Positions 1-9,800 of a DNA stretch of 37,028 bases are shown in pieces (position 1 is the stretch's first letter; every line of letters begins with the position of its first letter). The notes under the pieces were generated by a model. That model made no database searches and was not told the origin of the DNA. It saw only the letters and a program-made list of their open reading frames with translations. Origin of the DNA: a virus (Duplodnaviria > Heunggongvirae > Uroviricota > Caudoviricetes); the IMG/VR virus record IMGVR_UViG_2690316076_000004; one strand, given 5' to 3'. The position numbers and the translations under genes were made by a program.

Positions 1-273
1 ATGAACATCGGTAAAGCAATCATCAACTACGCAGCACGTCGCAACATGGACATTACCTTGATTGGCGATGAGACCGTAGCGTTCTGGGAAGCGGATAACG
101 ATTGTGAATGGATGTTCTCCTACATGATTGGTAATGATGGTTTCCTCCACTTTAAAGGCAATGTGTATCTGCCGCAGGAGATTAAAGAAGAATTACCGGC
201 GTGCATCGATACAGACAAGAAGCTGAAAGAAGTAATCAACTTTATCGCTAAAGAGTTTATCAGCAAGAAGTAA
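1..273 (+). CDS. hypothetical protein (starts at window edge; possibly N-terminally truncated)
   Basis: 90-codon ORF beginning with ATG at position 1; no recognisable motif; first gene of a plus-strand run. Confidence 0.45.
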   Translation: MNIGKAIINYAARRNMDITLIGDETVAFWEADNDCEWMFSYMIGNDGFLHFKGNVYLPQEIKEELPACIDTDKKLKEVINFIAKEFISKK

Positions 274-285
274 GGCAGCAAAACA

Positions 286-672
286 ATGTTCAATATCATG
301 ATTCGTAAATTTGGTGAGATGACTTTCGAGAAAGCTGGTGTTGCGCGTACAGAAGAAGAAGCAATGGCCTTAGTTCTGGTAGCACTGAGATCATCACCTG
401 AGATTATCGACGCTGAATATGTTGCGGCTGAGGGTGAGATTAAAGAGATTAAAGCGGTAGCTAAGGAATTAGGTGTTAAAGGTTTCCGTAAGCTGAAACT
501 ATCCCGCGAGACTTATGTCATTGGACAGCAAGGACAATACCTAGATGAGAATAGCGCGATTGTCCTACTGAATAAGATCACCCGCTATGGTTTCCAGATT
601 GAGCAATATAAAACGTGTTTCGAATTATACGAAAAAGGTTTGCTGGATACTCTGACCATCGTTCGCGCTTAA
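286..672 (+). CDS. hypothetical protein
   Basis: 128-aa ORF with AAGG RBS upstream; followed by a hairpin/T-tract. Confidence 0.55.
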   Translation: MFNIMIRKFGEMTFEKAGVARTEEEAMALVLVALRSSPEIIDAEYVAAEGEIKEIKAVAKELGVKGFRKLKLSRETYVIGQQGQYLDENSAIVLLNKITRYGFQIEQYKTCFELYEKGLLDTLTIVRA

Positions 673-686
673 TTAATTTCTAATTT

Positions 687-712
687 GGTGGGTGCAATTC
701 CCACCGCTTTTT
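687..712 (+). terminator. putative intrinsic terminator
   Basis: GGTGGG-N7-CCCACC stem followed by GCTTTTT. Confidence 0.5.
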
Positions 713-980
713 AAACTGGAGAATCAAACATGTTAGCTTTTATCTCATTCGTGGGAGGTAGTCTCACAACTATGATTAGTCTTTCTTGTCTTGTCGTTAG
801 TATGGGGTGAGCAATGAAACAATTTCATGATGGCATTTCATCTAAGACATTCAAGAAAGAATATAGCGGATTGTGTATTAACTGGATTGATTTGATTGGT
901 GCGGTTGTGTTTGGTCTGGTAATTAGCATCAATTTTTAACGATATAAATATATCGTAATTCATTCAAAGAGGATTCAATT

Positions 981-1322
981 ATGAAAAAGACTATCTACGC
1001 AATTATTGTTTCTGTGTGTGTTGGTGGCATCGGTGGATTTGTTTGTGGGTATGACTATTCCGATACTCAACATCAAGAGACTATCCGGTCAAATAAGGCC
1101 GAGATTAAGGATCTGAATCAGGAGATTAGCCAGTTAGAAAATGCTCTCTCACTCAAAGACAGTGAATATAGCGAGGTTTATGCAGATAAACAAAAATATT
1201 GGAAAGAGAAAGATAATCTCGTTGTTTACGGGATGAAATTGTGTAAGAGCATGAAGGACGAGCGCAGTTGTTTAATGGAACTTGCCCTTAAAGGTAACGT
1301 GACCATCGACTTCAAAGACTAA
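981..1322 (+). CDS. membrane-anchored coiled-coil protein (i-spanin-like or superinfection-exclusion-like)
   Basis: N-terminal hydrophobic helix (IYAIIVSVCVGGIGGFVCG) then coiled-coil-type region; AAGAGGA RBS. Confidence 0.55.
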   Translation: MKKTIYAIIVSVCVGGIGGFVCGYDYSDTQHQETIRSNKAEIKDLNQEISQLENALSLKDSEYSEVYADKQKYWKEKDNLVVYGMKLCKSMKDERSCLMELALKGNVTIDFKD

Positions 1323-1351
1323 TTAATTCAAATAACAAAGAGGATTCTATT

Positions 1352-1597
1352 ATGAAAAAGATTATCGCTGGTATCGTTCTTGCTCTGGGTTTGGTTGGTG
1401 CTGCAAATGCCGAACAATATGTACAGGGTGATAGTGTCAAGCGTGCTGCCGTTGCACCTTCTTTAAATCAACTGTGTACTGAATTAGCACAGGTTGCCGG
1501 AGTTGGTGACGATGACGACTTTATTACTGCGTGTGTATGGAGTCATATCGAGGATATTAATAAACGTGATGCAAAACTAACTGGAAAGAAATATTAA
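1352..1597 (+). CDS. small secreted protein with signal peptide
   Basis: MKKIIAGIVLALGLVGAANA-E signal-peptide pattern with AxA site; 3 Cys in mature part; no lipobox Cys; same leader/RBS as the 981 gene. Confidence 0.55.
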   Translation: MKKIIAGIVLALGLVGAANAEQYVQGDSVKRAAVAPSLNQLCTELAQVAGVGDDDDFITACVWSHIEDINKRDAKLTGKKY

Positions 1598-1613
1598 TGA
1601 CTTACTAACCAAT

Positions 1614-1653
1614 GCCCCTATCGTTATAATACGCGGTAGGGGCGTTTTTGTTT
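1614..1653 (+). terminator. putative intrinsic terminator
   Basis: GCCCCTA...TAGGGGC stem followed by GTTTTTGTTT. Confidence 0.5.
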
Positions 1654-1662
1654 GGAAATGGT

Positions 1663-3342
1663 ATGAAAACTAAACTGTATTCGTATATTCGCTTCTCGTC
1701 TATGCGTCAGAATGATGGTTCGAGTTATGAACGACAAATCAGGATGGCGAGAGAGGTTGCGGCAAAGTATGACCTTGAACTGGTAAATGATTATCAGGAT
1801 CTGGGTGTATCTGCGTTTAAGGGTGCTAACTCTAAAACAGGGGCGCTATCTCGTTTCCTTGATGCAATTGGTAGATCCGTTCCTGTTGGTAGCTGGCTAT
1901 TCATTGAAAACTTGGACCGCTTATCCCGTGCCGATATTGTCAGTGCGCAGGAGTTATTCCTTTCAATCATCCGTAGGGGGATAACCATTGTTACTGGCAT
2001 GGATAACAAGATCTACTCGCTGGATACTGTTACCGCTAACCCGATGGACCTGATGTTCTCCATCCTTTTATTCATCCGTGGTAATGAGGAAAGCCAGACT
2101 AAGCGCAATCGTACTAACTCAAGCGCACTGATTAAGATTAAAGCTCATCAAGAAAATCCACAAAATCCGGCAGTGGCAATCGAGGAAGTTGGAAAGAATA
2201 TGTGGTGGACTGATACCACTTCCGGTTATGTGTTGCCTCATCCTACATACTTCCCTGTTGTTCAGGAGATTGTGGAATTACGGAAGAATGGACGTTCAAC
2301 CGCCGAAATACTGGATCACCTTAACGAGACATATACACCGCCACCAGCAGTAAGCAACAAGAAGCATTCAAAATGGTCACGGGCAATGGTTGAAAGGTTG
2401 TTCCATACCCGCGCTTTGATTGGTATCAAGGAAGTCTCTGTAGATGGTGTTAACTATGAGTTAAAGGATTATTACCCTCGTGTTATTGATGATGCTACGT
2501 TCTATCACCTTAAGAAAAATATTGGTGCTAGAGCATGGAACTTTGGAGACAAGGAAGAAGTTAAACCGATCCCCCTGCTTAGTGGTATTGGCCTATTGAA
2601 ATGTGATCATTGCGGTTGCGCTATGGTTAAAGTGAAGGGAACGAACAAACGTTCTGACCAGTATCGTTATACATGTGATGCGACCCGTTCACGTAGACTT
2701 GATTGCGAGCATCCAAACTGGAGTTTTCGAGGTGATCAATTAGAGAAAGCTGTATTGCAATTGCTGGCTGATAAAATATGGATTGCTGAGGACAAGGCTA
2801 ATCCGGTTCCGGCGTTGAAAGTACAGGTTGATGAAATATCACGCAAGATTGATAACCTGATTGCCCTTTCTGCTATGACAGGAGCAACGAAGGAGCTAGC
2901 CGATCAGATTACTACCCTCAATAGCGAGCGTGAAACACTCTACAATCAGATCAAGATGGCAGAAGAGGAAATGTATTCTGTGGACTCTCAAGGCTGGGAG
3001 AAGCTCGCAGAATTTGATTTAGAAGATGTTTATAACGAGGAACGACTAAAGGTCCGGTTTAAGATTAAGCAAGCTCTAAAGCGGATCGGGTGTAGCAGGA
3101 TTGACAGAAACAAAAACTTGTTTGTACTGGAATACATCGATGGAAAAACCCAGAGAGTTGTAATAGAAAATTCAAGAGGAACGAGGAAAGGCCGGATCTT
3201 CATTGATTTGAAGACTATCAATGATAGGCAGATTCTGGAGAGCAACGGGCTTGTTCTGCATCCATGTTTAGACATGCTGACAGATAAGAACTGGAAACCA
3301 GAAGAGGAAATACCAGGTCCATTACAGGAATTTGGAATTTAA
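1663..3342 (+). CDS. large serine recombinase (resolvase/integrase family)
   Basis: N-terminal resolvase catalytic pattern (YSYIRFSS...Q), recombinase domain, Cys-rich zinc ribbon (CDHCGC...CDATRSRRLDCEH), C-terminal coiled-coil; track start at 1648 is TTG, ATG at 1663 preferred. Confidence 0.85.
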   Translation: MKTKLYSYIRFSSMRQNDGSSYERQIRMAREVAAKYDLELVNDYQDLGVSAFKGANSKTGALSRFLDAIGRSVPVGSWLFIENLDRLSRADIVSAQELFLSIIRRGITIVTGMDNKIYSLDTVTANPMDLMFSILLFIRGNEESQTKRNRTNSSALIKIKAHQENPQNPAVAIEEVGKNMWWTDTTSGYVLPHPTYFPVVQEIVELRKNGRSTAEILDHLNETYTPPPAVSNKKHSKWSRAMVERLFHTRALIGIKEVSVDGVNYELKDYYPRVIDDATFYHLKKNIGARAWNFGDKEEVKPIPLLSGIGLLKCDHCGCAMVKVKGTNKRSDQYRYTCDATRSRRLDCEHPNWSFRGDQLEKAVLQLLADKIWIAEDKANPVPALKVQVDEISRKIDNLIALSAMTGATKELADQITTLNSERETLYNQIKMAEEEMYSVDSQGWEKLAEFDLEDVYNEERLKVRFKIKQALKRIGCSRIDRNKNLFVLEYIDGKTQRVVIENSRGTRKGRIFIDLKTINDRQILESNGLVLHPCLDMLTDKNWKPEEEIPGPLQEFGI

Positions 3343-3376
3343 GCGGCCTAAATCGACGTATAACGAGCTAAAACAG

Positions 3377-3405
3377 TTAAGGGGTACATCCGTACCCCTT
3401 TTTAA
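3377..3405. terminator. intrinsic terminator between convergent genes
   Basis: GGGGTAC-ATCC-GTACCCC stem followed by TTTTTAATTT. Confidence 0.65.
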
Positions 3406-3415
3406 TTTAATTGCA

Positions 3416-4414
3416 TTAAAGAGCCTCTAAAGGGCTTAAATCGAGTTCTAAGTCTTCCGGTGTTAAATCAGCTAACGGTGCATTCATCCACTGCGATAAA
3501 TCTCGTTCTATGTCTTCATCACTAATGTAGTTGTTCAGATTGATTGCGTTGGTATCATCAAAATACATTGGCTTAGATGGGTTGATGTGGATGTATTCAT
3601 TGATGAATGATTTAACATCTTTCAGCTTGCTAATCGGTAGCGTTTCTGTGAATCCGCTATTCATTACCTTACGTGGGATTTTCTTGCCCTGAATATTCTT
3701 TTTAATCCCCATTTCTAAATCACCAGCTTTCCATCCAATGTTAAACAAATGTGAGCATTCAAAGGTGATTTTCTCGCTGGTGTGCTTCTGGTGTTCTCTT
3801 ACCCGTTGCATCGGATCTTTGCGAGTGGTAATTCCATATTTGAAAAACTTCTCGCCAACACGAATTAGATAAAAGTGCATAGGGCGCTGTGCAAACTTGT
3901 TTCTGATAACCTGTTTTCTACCATTCTGAATTGATTTAAGTACACCCCTAACCAAAGGGCATGTTAACCCGCCTTGTCTGCGGTTATTGTGTAAATCACC
4001 TTTCTTGTGAATCTTTCCGTGGCACTTACAACGAAGAATTAGTTTAGTGTCAACACCCTGATAAGGTTCAGCCAGACCTAACACATCCCACCCTATCGGC
4101 TTGTAGAACTTGCGAGCGTTTTCTAAGTGTTCTTCTTCGGTAAATCTAAACTTCTTCTTAGGCGGTGATACTCTATCTTTGCCAGTAAACTGACCAGTTA
4201 GAACATGACTAATACATGGCGTTTTAACCTTTCCATTAACTTCTATGCAAACTTTAGTGTTCTGGAATGGTTTCTTTACAGGAAGCACAAAACCACTGTA
4301 TAACCATCCATGCGCTTGACAAACTTTAATGATTCTGGTTTCATATTCGACCGGAGGGGTCGCACGTTTGCTTTTTGCGGTAAATTCGATATCCTTTGCT
4401 AAAGTAGTATTCAT
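3416..4414 (-). CDS. T5orf172 (GIY-YIG-like) domain protein with Cys/His cluster; putative homing-endonuclease-like DNA-binding protein
   Basis: segment HFYLIRVGEKFFKYGITTR...MQRVREH resembles T5orf172/GIY-YIG-like fold; CKCHGKIHKKGDLH...CPL Cys/His cluster; family assignment from memory. Confidence 0.5.
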   Translation of the reverse strand: MNTTLAKDIEFTAKSKRATPPVEYETRIIKVCQAHGWLYSGFVLPVKKPFQNTKVCIEVNGKVKTPCISHVLTGQFTGKDRVSPPKKKFRFTEEEHLENARKFYKPIGWDVLGLAEPYQGVDTKLILRCKCHGKIHKKGDLHNNRRQGGLTCPLVRGVLKSIQNGRKQVIRNKFAQRPMHFYLIRVGEKFFKYGITTRKDPMQRVREHQKHTSEKITFECSHLFNIGWKAGDLEMGIKKNIQGKKIPRKVMNSGFTETLPISKLKDVKSFINEYIHINPSKPMYFDDTNAINLNNYISDEDIERDLSQWMNAPLADLTPEDLELDLSPLEAL

Positions 4415-4450
4415 AGTAGTGAATCCTCAATAAAATAATATTCACTACTA
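4415..4450 (-). promoter_or_regulatory. 5'-UTR stem-loop masking the translation initiation region of the 3416-4414 gene
   Basis: perfect inverted repeat AGTAGTGAAT (4415-4424) / ATTCACTACT (4440-4449); GAGG RBS lies in the loop next to the 3' arm, ATG directly after the stem. Confidence 0.5.
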
Positions 4451-4460
4451 TTTATAAGAA

Positions 4461-4862
4461 TTAATTATTGTAGTTTTGGAAACCAGTAAGATCGCAAAAT
4501 GAATCAGTGTCATGTGCTGGGGAACGATGTTCTGCTTCGTCAGAGAAAATGTTGGCTACCGGAGATTCTACTTTAACTTCCGGTGCTTCTTCAACATCTG
4601 ACTTAACTTCTTCGACCACTGGTTCAACTGCTGGAGATTCTTCTTTTGTTTCTTCAATGACGATCTCAGGTTCTTTCATTGCTTCAACCAGAGACGGATC
4701 AACTTCGTCGAATACCACTTTATCATCTGCGGTATATTTGTCTATAATGAAAAAATGGTCAGAAATATAGCTAACGTCGCCAGCATATTCTAACAAAAAA
4801 GCGCCCACTAGAGGCGCTTTTGTTTTATCCATTCCACCGTGATTTTTTTGATCTGGAATCAA
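4461..4862 (-). CDS. acidic low-complexity protein (E/V/P-rich); start uncertain
   Basis: track start at 4862 is TTG and the first 12 codons overlap the endolysin 3' end and a terminator hairpin; in-frame ATGs at 4832 and about 4679; poor RBS. Confidence 0.3.
   Translation of the reverse strand: MIPDQKNHGGMDKTKAPLVGAFLLEYAGDVSYISDHFFIIDKYTADDKVVFDEVDPSLVEAMKEPEIVIEETKEESPAVEPVVEEVKSDVEEAPEVKVESPVANIFSDEAEHRSPAHDTDSFCDLTGFQNYNN
4797..4821. terminator. bidirectional intrinsic terminator after endolysin gene
   Basis: AAAA-GCGCC-N7-GGCGC-TTTT with T-tracts on both strands, immediately 3' of the endolysin stop. Confidence 0.6.
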
Positions 4863-5178
4863 TATGCGTAAAGGTTTTATATTTTCCTAAGCCGTATTGA
4901 GTAGGATATTTCCCATCAAGATAAGCATGAACAATATCAGGCGAGACACCCTTGATAACAATGTCAGCCGCGCGGCCTCGAACGTGATAGCTATTGGCTG
5001 CCCCGCCTACATTCTTGTTATGAGTCGGGCAACGGTTGCCACTGTTAATAATCACTGGTTTACCGAAGTGCTCTCGTACATCCTCAAGAATCACCAGTAA
5101 TTCAGCGTCGATTGTATCATAATCACATTTTCCGCATTTACATTTAAATTCCTTGCGAGAAAAATGCTTACTTAACAT
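4825..5178 (-). CDS. endolysin, peptidase M15 family (L-alanyl-D-glutamate peptidase-like)
   Basis: zinc-ligand pattern SYHVRGRAAD ... THID typical of M15 phage peptidases; AAGGGGG RBS. Confidence 0.7.
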   Translation of the reverse strand: MLSKHFSRKEFKCKCGKCDYDTIDAELLVILEDVREHFGKPVIINSGNRCPTHNKNVGGAANSYHVRGRAADIVIKGVSPDIVHAYLDGKYPTQYGLGKYKTFTHIDSRSKKSRWNG

Positions 5179-5187
5179 ATTACCCCC

Positions 5188-5535
5188 TTAGATCATTTCG
5201 AAGATATAACCAATAAAGCGCATACCCTTGATATAATAAGGAGCAGTGCCTACACACACCGCGCGTGCATCGCCCAGACAGTTAAAGCTATAAGGATTAA
5301 CCACATCAACTTCTTGTCCGACACGAAAACGATACTTAGGACGTTTAGCCAATGTAGCGACACAAAACACGGTCCCTTTTTCATGATCGCGGATACATTC
5401 TTTATATTGTTTATGTTTAACTCTCTTCGCCTCAAAATCATGTGTCATAGATTCTGGGCTAATGCCATTAATAAAAATACCGGAAAGCTGATCGACCGGA
5501 TAAGTAGGAAATTCAGTGAAAATATTTTTAGCCAT
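5188..5535 (-). CDS. hypothetical protein
   Basis: 115-aa ORF with GGGGG RBS; no recognisable motif. Confidence 0.55.
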   Translation of the reverse strand: MAKNIFTEFPTYPVDQLSGIFINGISPESMTHDFEAKRVKHKQYKECIRDHEKGTVFCVATLAKRPKYRFRVGQEVDVVNPYSFNCLGDARAVCVGTAPYYIKGMRFIGYIFEMI

Positions 5536-5573
5536 GTTATACCCCCATAAGTTTCTATGAGGGTATTTATGGA

Positions 5574-6257
5574 TTAAACGTATTTCATGCGCGATTTAAT
5601 GTGCTTATTGATGTTTTCAAGCATCATTGCTTCGTTGCTTTCCCACGATCCTAGCGTCGAATAACGAGTAGAAATTTTATCCGATTTAACGGCAACAATT
5701 CGCTTGCTCTGTTTCTGTATGCGTTTCTCTAAGCGACGTTTTGCCACCGCCGATCCATTCCTAGCGCGTTTGGTTCGGGATTTCTTAGGCTTGTACTTCT
5801 TCATGATAAAAGTCCCTTCCTTGTTCTCTACCTTGATGAAGTTGCCGTTTTCGAGGTTACGCATCATCTTACCGCCTTTGATGGCCTTAATGTTCCCGTG
5901 GGCGTCTAAGACCTTACCGTTGGCGATTGGAACTAGCTTATTGATTTTGCCCCCATCGAAATAGTGTTTCAGATAGTCGTCCTGACTGCCGATCTTCTTA
6001 TCCTTATCCCTTGCGCCCTTGATGAAGATTTGGTGTCTCGTCCCTGATCGGTTCTTGTAGTTGGTATTACCTACAGCTTGCTGAGTCCAGCGAGTAGGTC
6101 TATCAACATTCTTGTTAATCTTCTTCTGGAGTGCTCTGGAAGCAAAGATCGCCCCTTCCCCTAGTGCCCTTTCGAATGTATCGGTTGCCTTTTCAGACCA
6201 TTGCCGTAACGCTTTCTTAGTCCTTAGAGCGTTTCGTTTATTGGTACTGGTTGCCAT
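5574..6257 (-). CDS. hypothetical basic (Lys/Arg-rich) protein
   Basis: 227-aa ORF with AGGGGG RBS; strongly basic composition. Confidence 0.55.
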   Translation of the reverse strand: MATSTNKRNALRTKKALRQWSEKATDTFERALGEGAIFASRALQKKINKNVDRPTRWTQQAVGNTNYKNRSGTRHQIFIKGARDKDKKIGSQDDYLKHYFDGGKINKLVPIANGKVLDAHGNIKAIKGGKMMRNLENGNFIKVENKEGTFIMKKYKPKKSRTKRARNGSAVAKRRLEKRIQKQSKRIVAVKSDKISTRYSTLGSWESNEAMMLENINKHIKSRMKYV

Positions 6258-6258
6258 G

Positions 6259-6429
6259 TTAGCCCCCTAATAACGAAAAGACCCCCGCCAGTGTCCTTAG
6301 CAATTGTTCATCCACGGTCATAGCCGGGAGTTCAAGCCCAAAGGACGTAAGCAGAGGTCTAATTGCTACGTTATAAGTGAGGGCGACAATCAAGAGATAA
6401 CCAAAATATTTCTTAAGTTTATTCTTCAT
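6259..6429 (-). CDS. small membrane protein (possible lysis-associated)
   Basis: ATG at 6429 with GGGGTGA RBS preferred over track start 6501 (which overlaps upstream gene); one hydrophobic helix; no Cys, so not a lipoprotein o-spanin. Confidence 0.4.
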   Translation of the reverse strand: MKNKLKKYFGYLLIVALTYNVAIRPLLTSFGLELPAMTVDEQLLRTLAGVFSLLGG

Positions 6430-6448
6430 ATATTCACCCCTTTTATTA

Positions 6449-6727
6449 TTATTTTTGTTTGAGTATGTCGAGAACTTGGTCAAATTTGGCGTCCATCGCA
6501 ACCACTTTCTTCTCTATACCGTGTAGTGTTTGTTCCATTTGGTAAACACGTTCAGCAATCTGAGTATGGTTATTCTGCATCGTCTCAAACTTCTGGTTTA
6601 ACAATGCGTCGCTGGATTCCAATTTCGACAATCTATTTTCTGTGGCTAATTGATTTCGGTGAAGTCTCCAAAGCCCACCACAAATTAAGGCGATAACACC
6701 GATACCGCCATATATAATTTCAGTCAT
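6449..6727 (-). CDS. membrane-anchored coiled-coil protein (holin- or i-spanin-like)
   Basis: N-terminal TM helix (IYGGIGVIALICGGLW) followed by coiled-coil-type region; GGGGG RBS. Confidence 0.45.
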   Translation of the reverse strand: MTEIIYGGIGVIALICGGLWRLHRNQLATENRLSKLESSDALLNQKFETMQNNHTQIAERVYQMEQTLHGIEKKVVAMDAKFDQVLDILKQK

Positions 6728-6770
6728 TACGCCCCCGATATTTTTATATAATTTAATGGCAGAATTATTT

Positions 6771-6814
6771 AGATAAAAATAATCCCGCCTAACTCAAAAG
6801 AATTAAGCGGGATT
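6771..6814 (-). terminator. intrinsic terminator downstream of J-like gene
   Basis: AATCCCGC ... GCGGGATT stem followed on minus strand by ATTTTTATCT. Confidence 0.55.
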
Positions 6815-6832
6815 AATTATTAGAATTAAATT

Positions 6833-9800
6833 TTAAGAAACAGAAATACCAGTAGCGGCTTTCTTAGTTACCATTACCGTTAGATCGCTGATATATGCAC
6901 TTGGGTTATAGTTGTTAACGCCCTTACAGTAAACTTCAAAAGTCATTGTTACTGCCCCGTGTCCGGCTGGCATGTCAATAACTCCACTGTACATACAGCC
7001 AGAAGTTGCAGTGCGATCATATAGAACACCACCATTTTTCTTAACGATTAGTCGGCAAGTATCCCAATGATCGCTACTTTCGCCACGACGAACAGACCCG
7101 TTATGATGAATCGCTGGAATCACTATTTGGCGATCGAATGGATGATCATCTTCGACCCTTACAGTGATTGCACCATCAGGCCAGTTTGGTTGGCGATGTG
7201 GGAAACTCCTACCAACCACTTTCACGAAGTCACCACGCACCTGATTAGCATCAAGCATACCCAAAATGCGGCAACTTGAATTAATCGTTACGTTGTTCAT
7301 TTCGCCGGAATCAGCCACCAAATGACCACGAATATTAGCGTGTCTAAAATGACAAGTGCCATCTTTGCCGATATACCATCCATCGTTACCATTCCAGTTA
7401 TAAGACTGGATATAGTTACCAATTTTAGCATTATCGATAGAGCCATCAATGATATGACCTGTTCCGATCTGTGCGTGTTGGATGTGAGCGCCGTTAATCT
7501 GGGCTGTGCCGATCTTAGCCGTGGTGATACTAGCATCACTAATCTGGGCTGTGCCAATTGCAGCATTACGAATCATCGCATTATCAAGATAAACTTTGTT
7601 ATCTTCGATGCCAAACGGACAAACTTCTGATCCGTCTTGTGGAGCTACCGCGATTTTATCAGCCGTAAAGATGATTCTTGTCGGTTCTGCCGGATCATTG
7701 GTTGCGCTCATATGAATACCAGCCACGCGACCATCTGCATTAACTGCCAGATTATATTTGCTGTTAATGGTTCCCTTCAAAGCATCGATTTTTACATCTG
7801 CTTCCTGATTCACACCAGCAATCTTGCCATCCATTTCTACCCGAACTTGATCAATCTTACTTGCGCTTGCTGCCTCACTGGTAGCAATTGCTTGTTTCAG
7901 GGTAGTAGCGGATGCGCTAACTTCTTTGGTGATATCGCCTTTCAGTTCAGCTTTAACCTGATCAATCTTAGTTGCGCTGGCTTGCTCACTGGTAGCAATC
8001 AGACTCTTGAGAGTATCGGCTGAGGCTTGGACCGTCTGCCCTGTCTCGGTAGTAATCTGTTTATGCATTGCATCAATCTTAGCATCGGCATTAGCGCCAG
8101 CTTGAGCAATAGCATCCGCGATGGTTTCATCTAAGCGATCTTGTAAACCAATCAGGTCTTCCAGTGCTTCTTTGTCCTGATCGTCCCAGCTAATGGTAGA
8201 TTTCATTTGCATGAAATACGGTTCAGACCAAACAGCATCATCCATACCGAAAATATCATAGTGAGCACCACGGATATAATAATCACCGTCAGCCAAATCA
8301 AAGGAAGTATGACTAACGCTATTGGTAGTCACTGCCCTTGCATCGGAGAAAGTATTATCGGTTGCATACTGGATGATTGACCCTGCATAGTCATGTTCTA
8401 CGTCATCCGCCCAGCTAACAAACGCAGTATTAAAGCCACCACGCGCACTAAAACCTTTCATCGGCTTATGTTGTGGGTTGATAGCCACTAAACGCGCTGG
8501 GGCGCTCTCTGAGTTGTTATAGCCCTTGACTGATACTTCTACCGTCAATTCACGGGAAAGGCCGTTAAACTGGTTCATATCAAGCGTATAAGTCCATGAT
8601 TCAGGATCGCGGGTACGGTACTGAATAGACTTACCAGCCTTGTTAGTTACCTTGATAATGTATGCTTCAAACAGGTCACTAAACTTGTTAGCTTCACCGT
8701 TGATCATCACATCTAATTGTTGCTGATTTTCCCATTCGATAATCAGATCATTGCCTTCGAAAGTACCAGGGGAGCTACCCTGATTTTTGATTCGAATAAC
8801 CGGAGTCGGCAATTCATAGGTAACAGTAGGATTCTGGTTAACCAGTTCCACCCATTCGGAACGAGCAATAATACCGAAAGCACAAACGCGGTAATCGTAG
8901 GAGCGATCTTTTGCCAGTGCATTGATATTGAAAATTTGCTGTGAAGTCTGTCCCAGCTTAATCCAGTTAGGTGATCCACTCACACGATAATCAATCTGGA
9001 AACCGTAGCGGTTGAAATCTTCCGGTGCATCCCATGTCAAAGTTACGTTTTTACCGTGGATGGTTTCACCAGTTGCCTTAATTCTGAAATTAGTAGGCTT
9101 CTGTACTGTCATTGAATCCGGTAAACCACTTGGTCGGTTATCTGGGTTAGCCGCATAGTTTAGGTCAGTATAAACCTGAGAATTATATTCTGTAGCGGTG
9201 ATAGTCATCATCCCAGCAATACCAGAATCAATAGAGCGATCAATTGCAGTAATACGCCAAAGTGAATTATTCAGTTTTAATTCATCATAGGTTACGCTGA
9301 TAACGTCCCATACTTCGGCGGTGAATGCGTCAGTAGTCATAAAGCTGATAACCTGAGTGATACGAGATTTATTTCGTTCTACACTCGCAAGTTTATCAAT
9401 CTGGGCTTTAGACTTAACAAAACGATATTCAATATCTTTAGCGATAATTCGACCATCTTGACGAATAGTAGCATCGTTTTCAGCATCAGCCGGATAACGT
9501 AGCATTTGCTCTGAATAGTCGATTGATGGTTCTTGATACATCGCGTTAATGGTATTGAAATAACCGTTAGTGCCACCTGTTTTCAGTGATACTTTTCCCA
9601 TCATGATATTGTCTTCATTGAAGGTATGCTTAACAATATCAGGAGCATCCAGTTTCAGCGTAATACGTCCAAAGGATTCGAACATCACCCCGCCGAAAGT
9701 CTGCATAAGGCTAGTTAAGTTCTCTTTAAAGCTGGCGTTCGGATCACATGCACCGTTGGAATGTAAATCCATCTGGCGTACTTGTTTACGCACTTTCAGG

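Noticed and set aside
1787-2009. Short ORFs overlapping the serine recombinase gene on both strands
   Set aside because: Internal to a confidently called recombinase catalytic domain; no start signals.
4507-4770. 87-aa Ser/Thr-rich plus-strand ORF
   Set aside because: Mirror image of the acidic minus-strand ORF (GAA/GTT-rich codons read in reverse); the two cannot be separated by sequence alone, but the plus ORF has no RBS and opposes the flanking transcription direction.
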